Shown: positions 7,988-16,906 of the stretch, in pieces
Layout: the number at the start of each line of letters is the position of its first letter
Numbering within the stretch: the first letter of the stretch is position 1
Virus genome (UHGV): UHGV-0238106
Source of the DNA: a virus
Reading direction: 5' to 3' (one strand)
DNA: 35,795 nt
Position numbers and translations under genes: made by a program
Notes under the pieces: generated by a model
What the model saw: the letters and a program-made list of their open reading frames with translations, nothing else
Told to the model about the DNA's origin: nothing
The model's database searches: none

Positions 7988-8194
7988 ATGTACTCAAACT
8001 ACGATTATGACAGATACTTAACAGAAAAACAGGCAGAATATGAAGACAGGTGTAGCAAACCAGTAGAAACTTGTTTCGAATGTGATGAAGATTTATATGA
8101 AAATGAAGAATGTTATTATATAAACGGTCATTATTATTGCAAAGATTGCATAAGAAGATCCGCAGTAGTATTAGAAGAAGAATCTTACTTATAA
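7988..8194 (+). CDS. Small zinc-finger protein
   Basis: CFEC...YYCKDC (two CxxC motifs); AAGGAG RBS. Confidence 0.75.
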   Translation: MYSNYDYDRYLTEKQAEYEDRCSKPVETCFECDEDLYENEECYYINGHYYCKDCIRRSAVVLEEESYL

Positions 8195-8223
8195 GAATAA
8201 ATTTAAAAAGTTGGTGAGTATAA

Positions 8224-8478
8224 TTGGAAAATAAAAAAACAACAAAAAGAAAAGTTAAATCGAGAAAAAAACTTCAATTTAAAATTTTAGATAAATATAC
8301 AACAATAAAAGAATTTTGCGAAGATATAGGATATTCATATGCAAATGCTTATGGTGTAGTTGTAGGAAAAAGAGACGGGACTTTAAAATTTTGGTCCCTT
8401 GCTCAAAAAGCTCTCGATATACCAGATGAAGAAATGTGGAGTTATCAAAAAAGAGAAGGTGAACGATCAGATGAATAA
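8224..8478 (+). CDS. XRE/Cro-like helix-turn-helix protein
   Basis: TIKEFCEDIGYSYANAYGVVVGKRDGTLKFWSLAQKALDI fits an HTH_3 pattern. Confidence 0.65.
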   Translation: MENKKTTKRKVKSRKKLQFKILDKYTTIKEFCEDIGYSYANAYGVVVGKRDGTLKFWSLAQKALDIPDEEMWSYQKREGERSDE

Positions 8479-9256
8479 TTTTAAAAATGAAAAAGAAATA
8501 ATAACAGTTACCCAGTTGCCAGTAATAGAGCAAGCGCTTGATAATATAAGCTCAAAAATAGAACACGAAATTCAAGAAGCTAAAAACACACTACCATCAG
8601 ATTTATCAAAAACAACTGTTCACCTTAAAAAATTAAGAGCCAAACTTAAAAAAGAATTTGAATGGATTGAATCTCAAAGGAAAACAGTTAAATCTGAAAT
8701 TTTAAAGCCTTATTTAGATTTTGAAGTTTTGTATAAATCTAAAATATCAGACAAATTCAAGGAAGCAGACAAATATTTCAAATCTAAAATATCAGAAATC
8801 GAATCCGAAATAAAATCAGAAAAAGCAGCTAAATTAAAAGATTATTTCATTGATGTAGCTACTTCTAAGGATATAAAATATATTAGCTTTGAAGATTTGA
8901 ACTTAAAAATAAATTTATCAGATAGCTTAAAAAGTTATTATTCTAAGATAAATGAAATTACTGACAATATTTCAAATGATTTAAAGGTTCTAAATGATAA
9001 TATTAGCGATGAAAAAACTAGGTATGAAATTATACTAGATTACAAAAAAACTCTTAATTTAGCTCAATCTATGCTTCTCATGACCGAAAAACAAAACCAA
9101 ATTAAAAAAATAATGGAAGATAAAAATCAAAAAGAAGTATTAGAAGCCCCATCTTTAGAAAATGAAGAAAAATTTGAAATGTCTTTTACTGTAACAGGAA
9201 CAAAAAAGCAACTTAAAGCACTTAAAGATTATTTAATTCAAAATAATCTGATTTGA
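8471..9256 (+). CDS. DUF1351-like coiled-coil protein of the recombination module
   Basis: ITVTQLPVI...KKLRAKLKKEF..IESQRKTVK..ILKPY..FE; C-terminal FTVTGTKKQLKALKDYL. Probable ATG at 8471. Confidence 0.7.
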   Translation: MNNFKNEKEIITVTQLPVIEQALDNISSKIEHEIQEAKNTLPSDLSKTTVHLKKLRAKLKKEFEWIESQRKTVKSEILKPYLDFEVLYKSKISDKFKEADKYFKSKISEIESEIKSEKAAKLKDYFIDVATSKDIKYISFEDLNLKINLSDSLKSYYSKINEITDNISNDLKVLNDNISDEKTRYEIILDYKKTLNLAQSMLLMTEKQNQIKKIMEDKNQKEVLEAPSLENEEKFEMSFTVTGTKKQLKALKDYLIQNNLI

Positions 9257-9289
9257 TTTTTGATAAATTTTTAAAAATAGGTGTAAAAT

Positions 9290-9577
9290 ATGCAAGAAAA
9301 AATAGAAATAGAATGCGAAAAAGTCGCCAAATTATTAAAAGAAAAAAATAAAAAGTACGGGAATAGTTTTAAAAAAACTGTCGATGAATTTGGGTATGCG
9401 TGTATAGTTATTAGGTTGTTTGATAAATTAAATAGAATAAAAACGTTGCTAATAGATAAAGAAAAAGACGATATGGAAGATGAAAGCATAGAAGATACAC
9501 TAACAGATTTAGCAGGATATGCAATTCTTTCTAAAATATATTTGAACGAAAAAACAAGTATTGATAATGAAATTTAA
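9290..9577 (+). CDS. DUF1599 / nucleotide-modification-associated domain protein
   Basis: KNKKYGNSF...IRLFDKLNRI...DESIEDTLTDLAGYAIL. Confidence 0.75.
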   Translation: MQEKIEIECEKVAKLLKEKNKKYGNSFKKTVDEFGYACIVIRLFDKLNRIKTLLIDKEKDDMEDESIEDTLTDLAGYAILSKIYLNEKTSIDNEI

Positions 9578-9608
9578 TGTTTACAAATGTAAACATTTAT
9601 GATATAAT
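9576..9608 (+). promoter_or_regulatory. TA operon promoter with palindromic operator
   Basis: TTTACA(9580)-17-TATAAT(9603), overlapped by the inverted repeat AATGTTTAC-AAAT-GTAAACATT (9576-9597). Confidence 0.8.
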
Positions 9609-9631
9609 ATAAATAAAAGCGAGGTGAGCAC

Positions 9632-9892
9632 ATGGCTGTAATAGCAATTAGAGTTCCAGATAATGAATATAAATATGCAGAACAACTTGCAAATTTTAAA
9701 GGTGTTAAATTATCGACTTATTTTAGAAACTTATTAGCGGAACAAATAGAAGATTTTGAAGATGAACAAATTTTAAAAGAAATGGAAGAAGATATGATAA
9801 TTAATCCAGAAGAATATAGCGGCGGTAAACCATTTCAAGAATTTGTAAAGGAATTTGAAAGTGAAAAAATACACGGTAATAATAGAGCCTAA
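9632..9892 (+). CDS. Type II antitoxin, RelB/DUF6290-like (ribbon-helix-helix)
   Basis: MAVIAIRV..E....A...GVKLSTYFR..L.EQIEDFED, acidic tail; overlaps the toxin gene. Confidence 0.8.
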   Translation: MAVIAIRVPDNEYKYAEQLANFKGVKLSTYFRNLLAEQIEDFEDEQILKEMEEDMIINPEEYSGGKPFQEFVKEFESEKIHGNNRA

Positions 9893-10133
9893 AGCTCAGA
9901 AACAATTAAAAAAAATAGATCCCATTCAATCAAAAATGATTCAAAAATGGATCTTAAAAAACCTTGTAAATTGTTCCGAACCCTGTTTTCAAGGGAAAAT
10001 GCTTAAAGGTAACTTAAAAAACATCTGGAGATATAGAGTAGGCCAATATAGAATATTCGCTGAAATCGACAGAGAATATATTGTAATAAAAATAATTAAA
10101 ATAGGTCATAGGCAAAGCGTCTATAACGATTAA
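9861..10133 (+). CDS. relE: RelE/ParE-family toxin
   Basis: YTVIIEPKAQKQLKKID...P..QGKMLKGNL..IWRYRVGQYRIFAEI...IKIGHRQSVY. Probable GTG start at 9861. Confidence 0.88.
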   Translation: MKKYTVIIEPKAQKQLKKIDPIQSKMIQKWILKNLVNCSEPCFQGKMLKGNLKNIWRYRVGQYRIFAEIDREYIVIKIIKIGHRQSVYND

Positions 10134-10153
10134 AAATAGGAGAATTAAAAATA

Positions 10154-10858
10154 ATGAAGAATGAATCAGCAGAATTAATAGTAAAATACAATATAGGAGA
10201 AACAGAAATAAAGCTTACTCCTTCGATAGTAAAAGAATATGTTTTGGGAAATTCAAACGCAAACATTACAATGTCAGAATTCAAAACATTTACCGAACTT
10301 TGTAAATGTAGAAAATTAAACCCATTTATAAAAGGAGAAGTCCATCTTATAAAATACGGTTCTTCCCCAGCTCAAATAGTAGTAGGTAAAGACGCAATTC
10401 TAAAACGTGCAACTCTTCATCCCCAGTTTAATGGCTTTAAAAGCGGCGTAATAGTACATACTGAACAAGGCAAAATAGAAAAAAGAGATGGTTGTTTTAA
10501 ACTTGATAGTGATGTATTAGTAGGTTCATGGTGTGAGGTTTTTAGAAAAGATTGGGCTAACAGTATTTATGTTTCTTGCACTTTTAGCGAAATTAAAAAG
10601 GATAGTAATCCAAGTTGGAAAATACAACCTTGCCTCATGGCAGAAAAAACTGCAATTGTAAGAGCTTTAAGAACCGCTTTCGTTGAAGATCTAGGAGGTT
10701 TATATGAAAGTGACGAAATCGAAAGGCCTCACACTTCAGGGTTTTCAGAATCTGATTTAAATTGCTCTTGCGAACCTGAAATAGTTGATATTGATAAATC
10801 TACAGGAGAAGTAAAAGTATCAGAAGAAACTAATAAAATTGATTTAGCGGATTTATAA
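10154..10858 (+). CDS. RecT/Bet-family single-strand annealing recombinase
   Basis: F.ELCK.RKLNPFI..VHLIKYG..PAQIVVGKDA.LKRA..HPQFNG...W...P.LMAEKTAIVRALR.AF...LGGLY..DE. Confidence 0.88.
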   Translation: MKNESAELIVKYNIGETEIKLTPSIVKEYVLGNSNANITMSEFKTFTELCKCRKLNPFIKGEVHLIKYGSSPAQIVVGKDAILKRATLHPQFNGFKSGVIVHTEQGKIEKRDGCFKLDSDVLVGSWCEVFRKDWANSIYVSCTFSEIKKDSNPSWKIQPCLMAEKTAIVRALRTAFVEDLGGLYESDEIERPHTSGFSESDLNCSCEPEIVDIDKSTGEVKVSEETNKIDLADL

Positions 10859-11022
10859 CCGCTAAATTAATTGTTATAATTCATAATTTAATTTAACAAC
10901 TAATCAAAATATTTTAATCACGGTTAAGAAAAGTAACCAAAATAAGGTCCGTTTCGTTCAGTTACGTTAAGTCATGGTTTCAAAATGGTTCCATGCATAC
11001 TGTATATTAAAAATTAACTGGG

Positions 11023-11697
11023 ATGTTTAGCAAAATGTCAGAAAACACAAACAAAAAAATAAATTTTGATATAATTTCAAGTGGATCTTCTGGTAACTGT
11101 GTTATTTTAAATGAATCAATAGCGCTTGACATGGGCGTACCATTTAAAAAAATAGAACCCTATTTAAACAAAATAAAACTAATATTTATTTCACATGAAC
11201 ATCAAGACCATTTGAAAATGTCTACTTTAATTAAAATACATAAGTTACGCCCTACGGTTCGTTTTGCTGTTGGTTTTTGGCTTAGGGATAAATTAGTCGA
11301 ATATGGTATAAATCAGTCGAATATAGACGTTTTAAGGCATAATATGATTTATGATTATAAACTTTTTAAAATATGTCCTTTCATACTTATTCATGATGTT
11401 TTTAATTATGGGCTTAAATTATTTATTAATAATAAAAAAATACTATATGCCGTTGACACGAATAGCATTGAACATGTAAAAGCTGAAAATTATGATTTAT
11501 ACTTAATTGAAGCAAATTATGATGAAACGAAATTACAAGAAAATATAAATTTTGATAAAGAAAACGGTTTTTTTAGCTACGGTGATAGAGTTAAAAGCAC
11601 TCACTTATCTTTGCAGCAATCAAGCAAATTCTTACTTGAAAACATGGGTGACAATAGCGAATATAAATTTTTACATTGTTCTAAAAGAAACTTTTAA
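11023..11697 (+). CDS. MBL-fold metallo-hydrolase (probable exonuclease partner of RecT)
   Basis: SSGSSGNC, HEHQDH, HDV, DT, EANY, THLS and LH motifs. Confidence 0.85.
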   Translation: MFSKMSENTNKKINFDIISSGSSGNCVILNESIALDMGVPFKKIEPYLNKIKLIFISHEHQDHLKMSTLIKIHKLRPTVRFAVGFWLRDKLVEYGINQSNIDVLRHNMIYDYKLFKICPFILIHDVFNYGLKLFINNKKILYAVDTNSIEHVKAENYDLYLIEANYDETKLQENINFDKENGFFSYGDRVKSTHLSLQQSSKFLLENMGDNSEYKFLHCSKRNF

Positions 11698-11716
11698 AGA
11701 AAAGAGATGGCGCTAA

Positions 11717-12055
11717 TTGAATTGTCGTAAAACTTTAAGCCAATTGACAAAAAATCAACGCATTAAACTTGCTAAAGAACTAGAAAAAATAAATCATGAC
11801 ATTTTAAAAGCAGAATCAAAAAAAATGGGTTTAAGAATAGCCAATAGTTTATTTAAAATAGCCATCGTTTCAGCTAATGAATCTTTAGGCCTTGGAAAAA
11901 GCAGAATCGAAAGACTGCTAGAAGCAATAAATTTAAAAATGTCAAAACTGGAAAACGATGAGGAATTTTGGCTACTAACTGAAGAAAAGTGTAAAAATAT
12001 ATTGACCGAAAAAGTGTATTCCGAATATTTTACAGACGAACCATTTTCAATATAA
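11717..12055 (+). CDS. Hypothetical protein
   Basis: 112-aa ORF; last gene of the rightward early unit. Confidence 0.65.
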   Translation: MNCRKTLSQLTKNQRIKLAKELEKINHDILKAESKKMGLRIANSLFKIAIVSANESLGLGKSRIERLLEAINLKMSKLENDEEFWLLTEEKCKNILTEKVYSEYFTDEPFSI

Positions 12056-12086
12056 AAAATAGCGGTATTTTTGAACCGCTATTTTT
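12055..12086. terminator. Bidirectional terminator between the convergent early and late units
   Basis: AAAAATAGCGGT-ATTTTTGA-ACCGCTATTTTT. Confidence 0.85.
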
Positions 12087-12093
12087 AATTTAA

Positions 12094-12579
12094 TTATCTT
12101 ATTTCAGCCATTTTCCTAAAATATTTTTCAAGTATTTTTCTCTCTTCTTCTGAATCTGTGTCATGATATACATCTTCCATTAATCTACATAAATGATTCA
12201 TCATAACTTCTAATCCATCATATAAATCTTCTTTAGGTGAAGCCCCGTCACGATATCTTCTTTTTGACCCCATATATTCTTCATATCCATCTTCAATAGG
12301 TCTGAAGCCGTCTGCATATCTTCCTCTTGAATCTCTACGGGCATATTCTCCTCTTCCCCTTGCCCCATATCTTGAATCGTATTCTCTTCCATACCTTCTG
12401 TCTCTTCTGTCTAGTCTTTCATCATATATCATGCTTTCTAGTTCCTCCTTTTCAGATTTATTCAGATTTTTGTAAGTCTCAGCTAATTTTGATATATACT
12501 CAATGTTACCTGTTTTTACTCCGTCTTTGCTCACGTCTTTAAGCTCGCAAATTAAATCTTCTTTTAGTTTATCAAGCAT
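12094..12579 (-). CDS. Hypothetical charged helical protein with Arg/Gly/Tyr-rich centre (module gene 6)
   Basis: 161 aa; RYGARGRGEYARRDSRGRY. Confidence 0.75.
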   Translation of the reverse strand: MLDKLKEDLICELKDVSKDGVKTGNIEYISKLAETYKNLNKSEKEELESMIYDERLDRRDRRYGREYDSRYGARGRGEYARRDSRGRYADGFRPIEDGYEEYMGSKRRYRDGASPKEDLYDGLEVMMNHLCRLMEDVYHDTDSEEERKILEKYFRKMAEIR

Positions 12580-12598
12580 TTATTTTCCCCCCTAAATT

Positions 12599-12985
12599 TT
12601 AAACTGTAGGTGCTGTGCCGTTTACTGACTGTAAATCATTGTTAGGCTGGCAACAAGGTTTTCCAAGCATTTTAAATATTGCCGTGGTTGATGTTGTTTC
12701 AACTACAGTTGAGTATCTCGTTCTAGTACGCACGCCGCATGCTGTAACAGGTTTGCAGCACTTATTTACAAGTGCATATTGTTCTGTACCGTCACCTATT
12801 GTAAAAACAACGGGTGCAGAAATTGTAGTCGTCGTTGGTATTGATTGTGCTAAAACAATGCAATATTTACCACAATTGTTGTAACTTCCAGCTGGAAGAT
12901 TTACAACTAAATTCCCGCCAGTAAATGAAATTGATTGACTTATTACAAGTCTAGAGCAAAGTTTACAAATATTATTACAAGCCAC
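12599..12985 (-). CDS. Cys-rich beta-rich hypothetical protein (module gene 5)
   Basis: 128 aa; MACNNICKLC...KCC...KPCC; GAAAGGA RBS. Confidence 0.75.
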   Translation of the reverse strand: MACNNICKLCSRLVISQSISFTGGNLVVNLPAGSYNNCGKYCIVLAQSIPTTTTISAPVVFTIGDGTEQYALVNKCCKPVTACGVRTRTRYSTVVETTSTTAIFKMLGKPCCQPNNDLQSVNGTAPTV

Positions 12986-13088
12986 ATAATCAGTCCTTTC
13001 TAATAAAAATAGGATAGAATCCGCTTTTACACATGATTCTATCCATATATCACGCTATATTAGCGGAAGAGTATTTTTTAATCAATTA

Positions 13089-13907
13089 TTAGCAGCCGCA
13101 ACCAGAGCATGAACTATATCCACAACAATATGGATTTTGAACAGTGTATGCAGGAACAGGGCATGGTCTTAATTGATTTACAAGGTAGTTGTTTTGCGCT
13201 TGCTGTGAAGCTGCTAACTGTAAAGCATTAATTTGATTTTGTTGTGCTGTGATTTGAGCGTTTTTATCTTCAATTCTATTTGATACGATTTCATCATGCA
13301 ATGCTCTGTAATTTGCGTTTTGACTGTCTATTACATCCCTAAAACCATTGCATAAAGTTTGATTGATTGAATTTGTCTGCATTGCTATGTTATAGTTTAC
13401 ATCTTTGATTGCTGATTGGGTTTTGCAGCAACAATCAGATAATTGACTTGAAACGCCATTAATAGCATTTCTGGTTTCATATCCGCTTGTATTTATAGCG
13501 GAATTTACTCCATTAAATCCTTGGCAAAGTGTTTGCTGTACACTAGCGGTTGTGCTAGCTATGTTGCTATTTACTCCATTAATCAACTGTGCTTGTGAAT
13601 AAAGTCCATCACACAGACCATTATTTATAGCATCACCTTTTCTTTCAAGAGAAGATATGCCACTGTCAATTTGCCTTTGCAATGTTGCAAAATCACTTGC
13701 TAAAACATAGTTGTCCATTGCTCCGCTTCCCGAAGTTCCTACACCTCCTCTGTTTCCAAATCCATTCCCCCAGCCACCAAAGACAAAGAAAAGAACGAAC
13801 ATAACGATCCACCAGGCCCCATTTTCGCCGCCAACTCCAGAGCCATTTCTGCTATTGCCTGTTAATGCAGCGATATCAGCAGGACTTAAGTTTTCACCCA
13901 TTGACAT
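13089..13907 (-). CDS. Hypothetical protein with hydrophobic/Gly-rich N-segment, long Asn/Gln coiled coil and Cys clusters (module gene 4)
   Basis: ATG at 13907 after AAGGAG. WWIVMFVLFFVFGGWGNGFG, DCCCKT, and C-terminal YCCGYSSCSGCGC. Confidence 0.8.
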   Translation of the reverse strand: MSMGENLSPADIAALTGNSRNGSGVGGENGAWWIVMFVLFFVFGGWGNGFGNRGGVGTSGSGAMDNYVLASDFATLQRQIDSGISSLERKGDAINNGLCDGLYSQAQLINGVNSNIASTTASVQQTLCQGFNGVNSAINTSGYETRNAINGVSSQLSDCCCKTQSAIKDVNYNIAMQTNSINQTLCNGFRDVIDSQNANYRALHDEIVSNRIEDKNAQITAQQNQINALQLAASQQAQNNYLVNQLRPCPVPAYTVQNPYCCGYSSCSGCGC

Positions 13908-13962
13908 TTCCAACACTCCTTTAAACTTTTTATATATATTTAAACACAAGATGTGTGTTTAG

Positions 13963-14196
13963 CTATTTTGGTGACATATCATTCATAAATGTATTGAATT
14001 CTTTGTCAAAATCCATTCCTTTTTCTTTCATGATATTTCTTGCAAAATTTTCAACTCCTTTGTTGTCTCCTTTTTCTGCCATGTCAATTAAATTTTTCAA
14101 CATTGGGTTAGATCCCATTGTGTTTTTAATCATATTCATAACAATATTCTTTGGATTACCGCCTTTAAACATTTGCAACATTTGAAATGGATTCAT
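13963..14196 (-). CDS. Small Met/Asn-rich helical protein (module gene 3)
   Basis: MNPFQMLQMFKGGNPKNIVMNM...NPMLKNLIDMA..G...GVENFARNI.KEKG.D. Confidence 0.75.
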   Translation of the reverse strand: MNPFQMLQMFKGGNPKNIVMNMIKNTMGSNPMLKNLIDMAEKGDNKGVENFARNIMKEKGMDFDKEFNTFMNDMSPK

Positions 14197-14198
14197 TT

Positions 14199-14699
14199 TT
14201 ATTTACCCCCTTTATTTGATGATTTAGAATGGAAATCATTTTGAAAACTATCAATTTTTTTTAGAACATTCGAAAAGTTGTTTTCAATACTTTTTTTAAC
14301 TTCTACTATGTCGCTTGTTATTTTCTCAATATCTTCTTTCTTTATATCTGAACCTTGCGTAGGTTTTTGTTCTTCATTTGTAGTATCTGTTTTTAATTTA
14401 AATGTGCATATTTTGCTAGTTCCATCTTTTTGTAATTGCTTTGTGTATATTTCTGTGCCATCTGTTTTCGGAAAGTATATTATAGATCCGTCAAGTGGCA
14501 CATCCATAGCCTTTACAACATCTATGCTGTCAACCGCTTTGCCTTGTAAGCTAAATGCAGATTGTTGCATATTTTGGTTTGCGTTTGGATAAGAGTTACT
14601 CATAAAAGATTGATTATATGGCTCAGGCTGATTTATTCCCTGGTACCTGGGTGACATATAATTTGGAACATTAAAATAATATGGATTATAAGGTTGCAT
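14199..14699 (-). CDS. Hypothetical protein with Tyr/Pro/Asn/Gln-rich N-terminus (module gene 2)
   Basis: MQPYNPYY...GKAVDSIDVVKAMDVPLDGSIIYFPKTDGTEIYTKQL..DG. Confidence 0.75.
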   Translation of the reverse strand: MQPYNPYYFNVPNYMSPRYQGINQPEPYNQSFMSNSYPNANQNMQQSAFSLQGKAVDSIDVVKAMDVPLDGSIIYFPKTDGTEIYTKQLQKDGTSKICTFKLKTDTTNEEQKPTQGSDIKKEDIEKITSDIVEVKKSIENNFSNVLKKIDSFQNDFHSKSSNKGGK

Positions 14700-14779
14700 G
14701 CTTCCACCGCCTTTTAATCCATATTACATATTTTTAATATTAAATTGTTTGCATTTTTAGTGTTAATATAAATAAAAAA

Positions 14780-15031
14780 TCATATCAATTTAGTTGCTTT
14801 TAAGTATTCAAATGTTTTAATAAGTGCTTTTTTAAAATGTCTTTTCACTGTGAATTCTGACATATTCATCTCCATAGCAATTTTATAAATTGGAAAATCA
14901 TTTACAAAATGTAAATCCATTATTTTAAGTTGTAAAGGAGTTAACAATACGTTTTGTCTGATATGTTTCAATTTTTCTACAGAATAAAGATTTTTCAAAT
15001 ATCTTTTTGCTATCATTGCTTCTGACATCAT
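14780..15031 (-). CDS. Sigma-70 region-4-like HTH regulator (module gene 1)
   Basis: LTPLQLKIMDLHFVNDFPIYKIAMEMNMSEFTVKRHFKKALIK. GAGGTG RBS before the ATG at 15031. Confidence 0.7.
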   Translation of the reverse strand: MMSEAMIAKRYLKNLYSVEKLKHIRQNVLLTPLQLKIMDLHFVNDFPIYKIAMEMNMSEFTVKRHFKKALIKTFEYLKATKLI

Positions 15032-15042
15032 TAAAATACACC

Positions 15043-15441
15043 TCATTTAAAAATTTTCAACCTATCTTCTCTTGCTCTTAAATTGTTATCGCTACAGAAT
15101 TTAAAATAGTTTTCTTGCTGTTTCTTTAGTAATGATTTTTTTAATTGAAATTGTTTTTTTAATGTTTGTTCTAGTTGCAAATTCTCTGAATTTTTAATAT
15201 TGTCTTGTATTACCTTAATAACCCTTTTTGTATTTCTTATATTTCTTTCTAAATACCTTTGTTTTTGTGATTTTATATAAGCTTCTTTGTTTTCTTCCAT
15301 ACCATACTTAGCAATGTTATTTGTCATTGTTTTTGGATCAAAAGGTATAAAATTATGGCGACAGTTCCAGCCGCAAAGTCCGCCACCTGTTCCATAACCT
15401 GTTGATTGTATGAAATCTTGGTACTTTTCATTACTAGCCAT
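15043..15441 (-). CDS. Phage minor capsid protein, C-terminal half (split gene)
   Basis: ATG at 15441 after AAGGTGG. KYQDFIQSTGYGTGGGLCGWNCRHNFIPF...SQKQRYLERNIRNTKR is the C-terminal signature of the A118-type minor capsid (Phage_min_cap2) family. Confidence 0.8.
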   Translation of the reverse strand: MASNEKYQDFIQSTGYGTGGGLCGWNCRHNFIPFDPKTMTNNIAKYGMEENKEAYIKSQKQRYLERNIRNTKRVIKVIQDNIKNSENLQLEQTLKKQFQLKKSLLKKQQENYFKFCSDNNLRAREDRLKIFK

Positions 15442-15475
15442 TGCCGTCACCACCTTTAAAAACATTTTACATCTT

Positions 15476-15763
15476 TTAACAGTTTTTTGCCATATAAAAA
15501 TCATCTAATGTTTTTAAATATGCATATGCAGAAACTATATCTAAATCAGAGGTATATTCTTTACTAATGTATGTTGGTTTTATAAATACGCTCATTGGTT
15601 TTTGATTTTTTAATGCTTCTTTTTCTTCTTCACGTTTATCCGAGTTTATATAACTCGCAACTTCTATAATGCTTTCACAATTAGTAATATTATTAATGCT
15701 AACTATTCTATGATAATTCAAAGTTATTCCATTAGCTAAAACCAATTCTTTATTTAATGCCAT
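15476..15763 (-). CDS. Small tail-fibre-associated hypothetical protein
   Basis: MALNKELVLANGITLNYHRIVSI...AYAYLKTLDDF; follows the fibre gene; AAGGAG RBS. Confidence 0.6.
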   Translation of the reverse strand: MALNKELVLANGITLNYHRIVSINNITNCESIIEVASYINSDKREEEKEALKNQKPMSVFIKPTYISKEYTSDLDIVSAYAYLKTLDDFYMAKNC

Positions 15764-15782
15764 TTTTATTTCTCCTTTTTAA

Positions 15783-16397
15783 TTAATATTTGTAACCTAT
15801 TACTTTTGATATTGCTAGGTCGTTAGTATCAGATACAATAGGAGCGCCGTTATTCGTAATATATCCCCACATTGTCCTTGTGCCAAGAAAAACAATAGAC
15901 TGATAATTAACCTTAATTGCGCAAGTTCTCCATAATGTCATTATGTCATTGTTATTTACGTATCCAGCAGTTTCAGATAACGTAGTTGTTTTGTGATACG
16001 GTTCATGAATTCTGCTTATCATTGTTCTTCCTTGAACTGTATATTCTATTTCAAAAAACTCATATCCAGTTGATGGGGTAGACAATGGAACGGTGTTTTT
16101 CGTGCCATCAGAATTTTCATATAAAACTTCACTTGTAAGAACACCAAAATTTTTACGAGCTTCAGAAGCCGTGGCAGCTCCTGTACCACCGTCACTTATT
16201 TTGCAAGGGAACATGCTGTATATTCTATTTTCTAAATCATTCATATTAACGGAAGAAAAAGAAGTTCCAACCCTTGAAACATTTCCCTCCGCTCTTTCAA
16301 CATCGACAGTCGTTTCTTCTCCTGTTTCTGTATTTGTGAGCTTTCTTCTTCCTGGGTTTTCTGTGATCCTATCTTCCCATGTTTTTTTCTCAAACAT
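15783..16397 (-). CDS. Putative tail fibre / receptor-binding protein
   Basis: N-terminal KKTWEDRITENPGRRKLT; GGTGAATASEARKNFG fibre motif; located at the end of the tail module. Confidence 0.65.
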   Translation of the reverse strand: MFEKKTWEDRITENPGRRKLTNTETGEETTVDVERAEGNVSRVGTSFSSVNMNDLENRIYSMFPCKISDGGTGAATASEARKNFGVLTSEVLYENSDGTKNTVPLSTPSTGYEFFEIEYTVQGRTMISRIHEPYHKTTTLSETAGYVNNNDIMTLWRTCAIKVNYQSIVFLGTRTMWGYITNNGAPIVSDTNDLAISKVIGYKY

Positions 16398-16414
16398 ATT
16401 TAATCACTCCAAAA

Positions 16415-16906
16415 TTATAAAATACCTATGTTTTCACCGCTATAAATTTCAATTTGAGACGTGTTTGTACCCTCACCACAATAATATTGTTCTTGATGTA
16501 TTAAAAGTTCATATATATCGAATATTATTCTTTCTATATCATTTATTTTAGAGTAGTAATTATACGGCAGCCCTGGAACGTTAGGGGTGTATTTATCTAA
16601 AATATATGACAGTTTAGACCTTAAATTTAATAAATTAGATCTTATCCTTGAAAAGTCAGTTTGCAAAGGAATATCGGTTTCTTTCCAATTGGTTTTTGTT
16701 GTTACTGTATCATTTAATTTTTCGGCAATTACTGCAATATTATTCTCAATTCTGTTTAAATCACTAATATTTAAAGCGCCTTTTAAATTATTTTTCCATT
16801 CAAGTTTTTCTTCTTCTGTAAAATTTTTATATCCTTTTTGAAGTAATATTTTAAGTGAATTAACATTCTCGAGTGTTCTGTCAAATATAGGTGTTTCAAA
16901 CTCCAT
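16415..16906 (-). CDS. Putative baseplate/tail protein
   Basis: TPIFDRT...KGALNISDLNRIENN...KTNW...NDIERII; located after the hub gene. Confidence 0.6.
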   Translation of the reverse strand: MEFETPIFDRTLENVNSLKILLQKGYKNFTEEEKLEWKNNLKGALNISDLNRIENNIAVIAEKLNDTVTTKTNWKETDIPLQTDFSRIRSNLLNLRSKLSYILDKYTPNVPGLPYNYYSKINDIERIIFDIYELLIHQEQYYCGEGTNTSQIEIYSGENIGIL

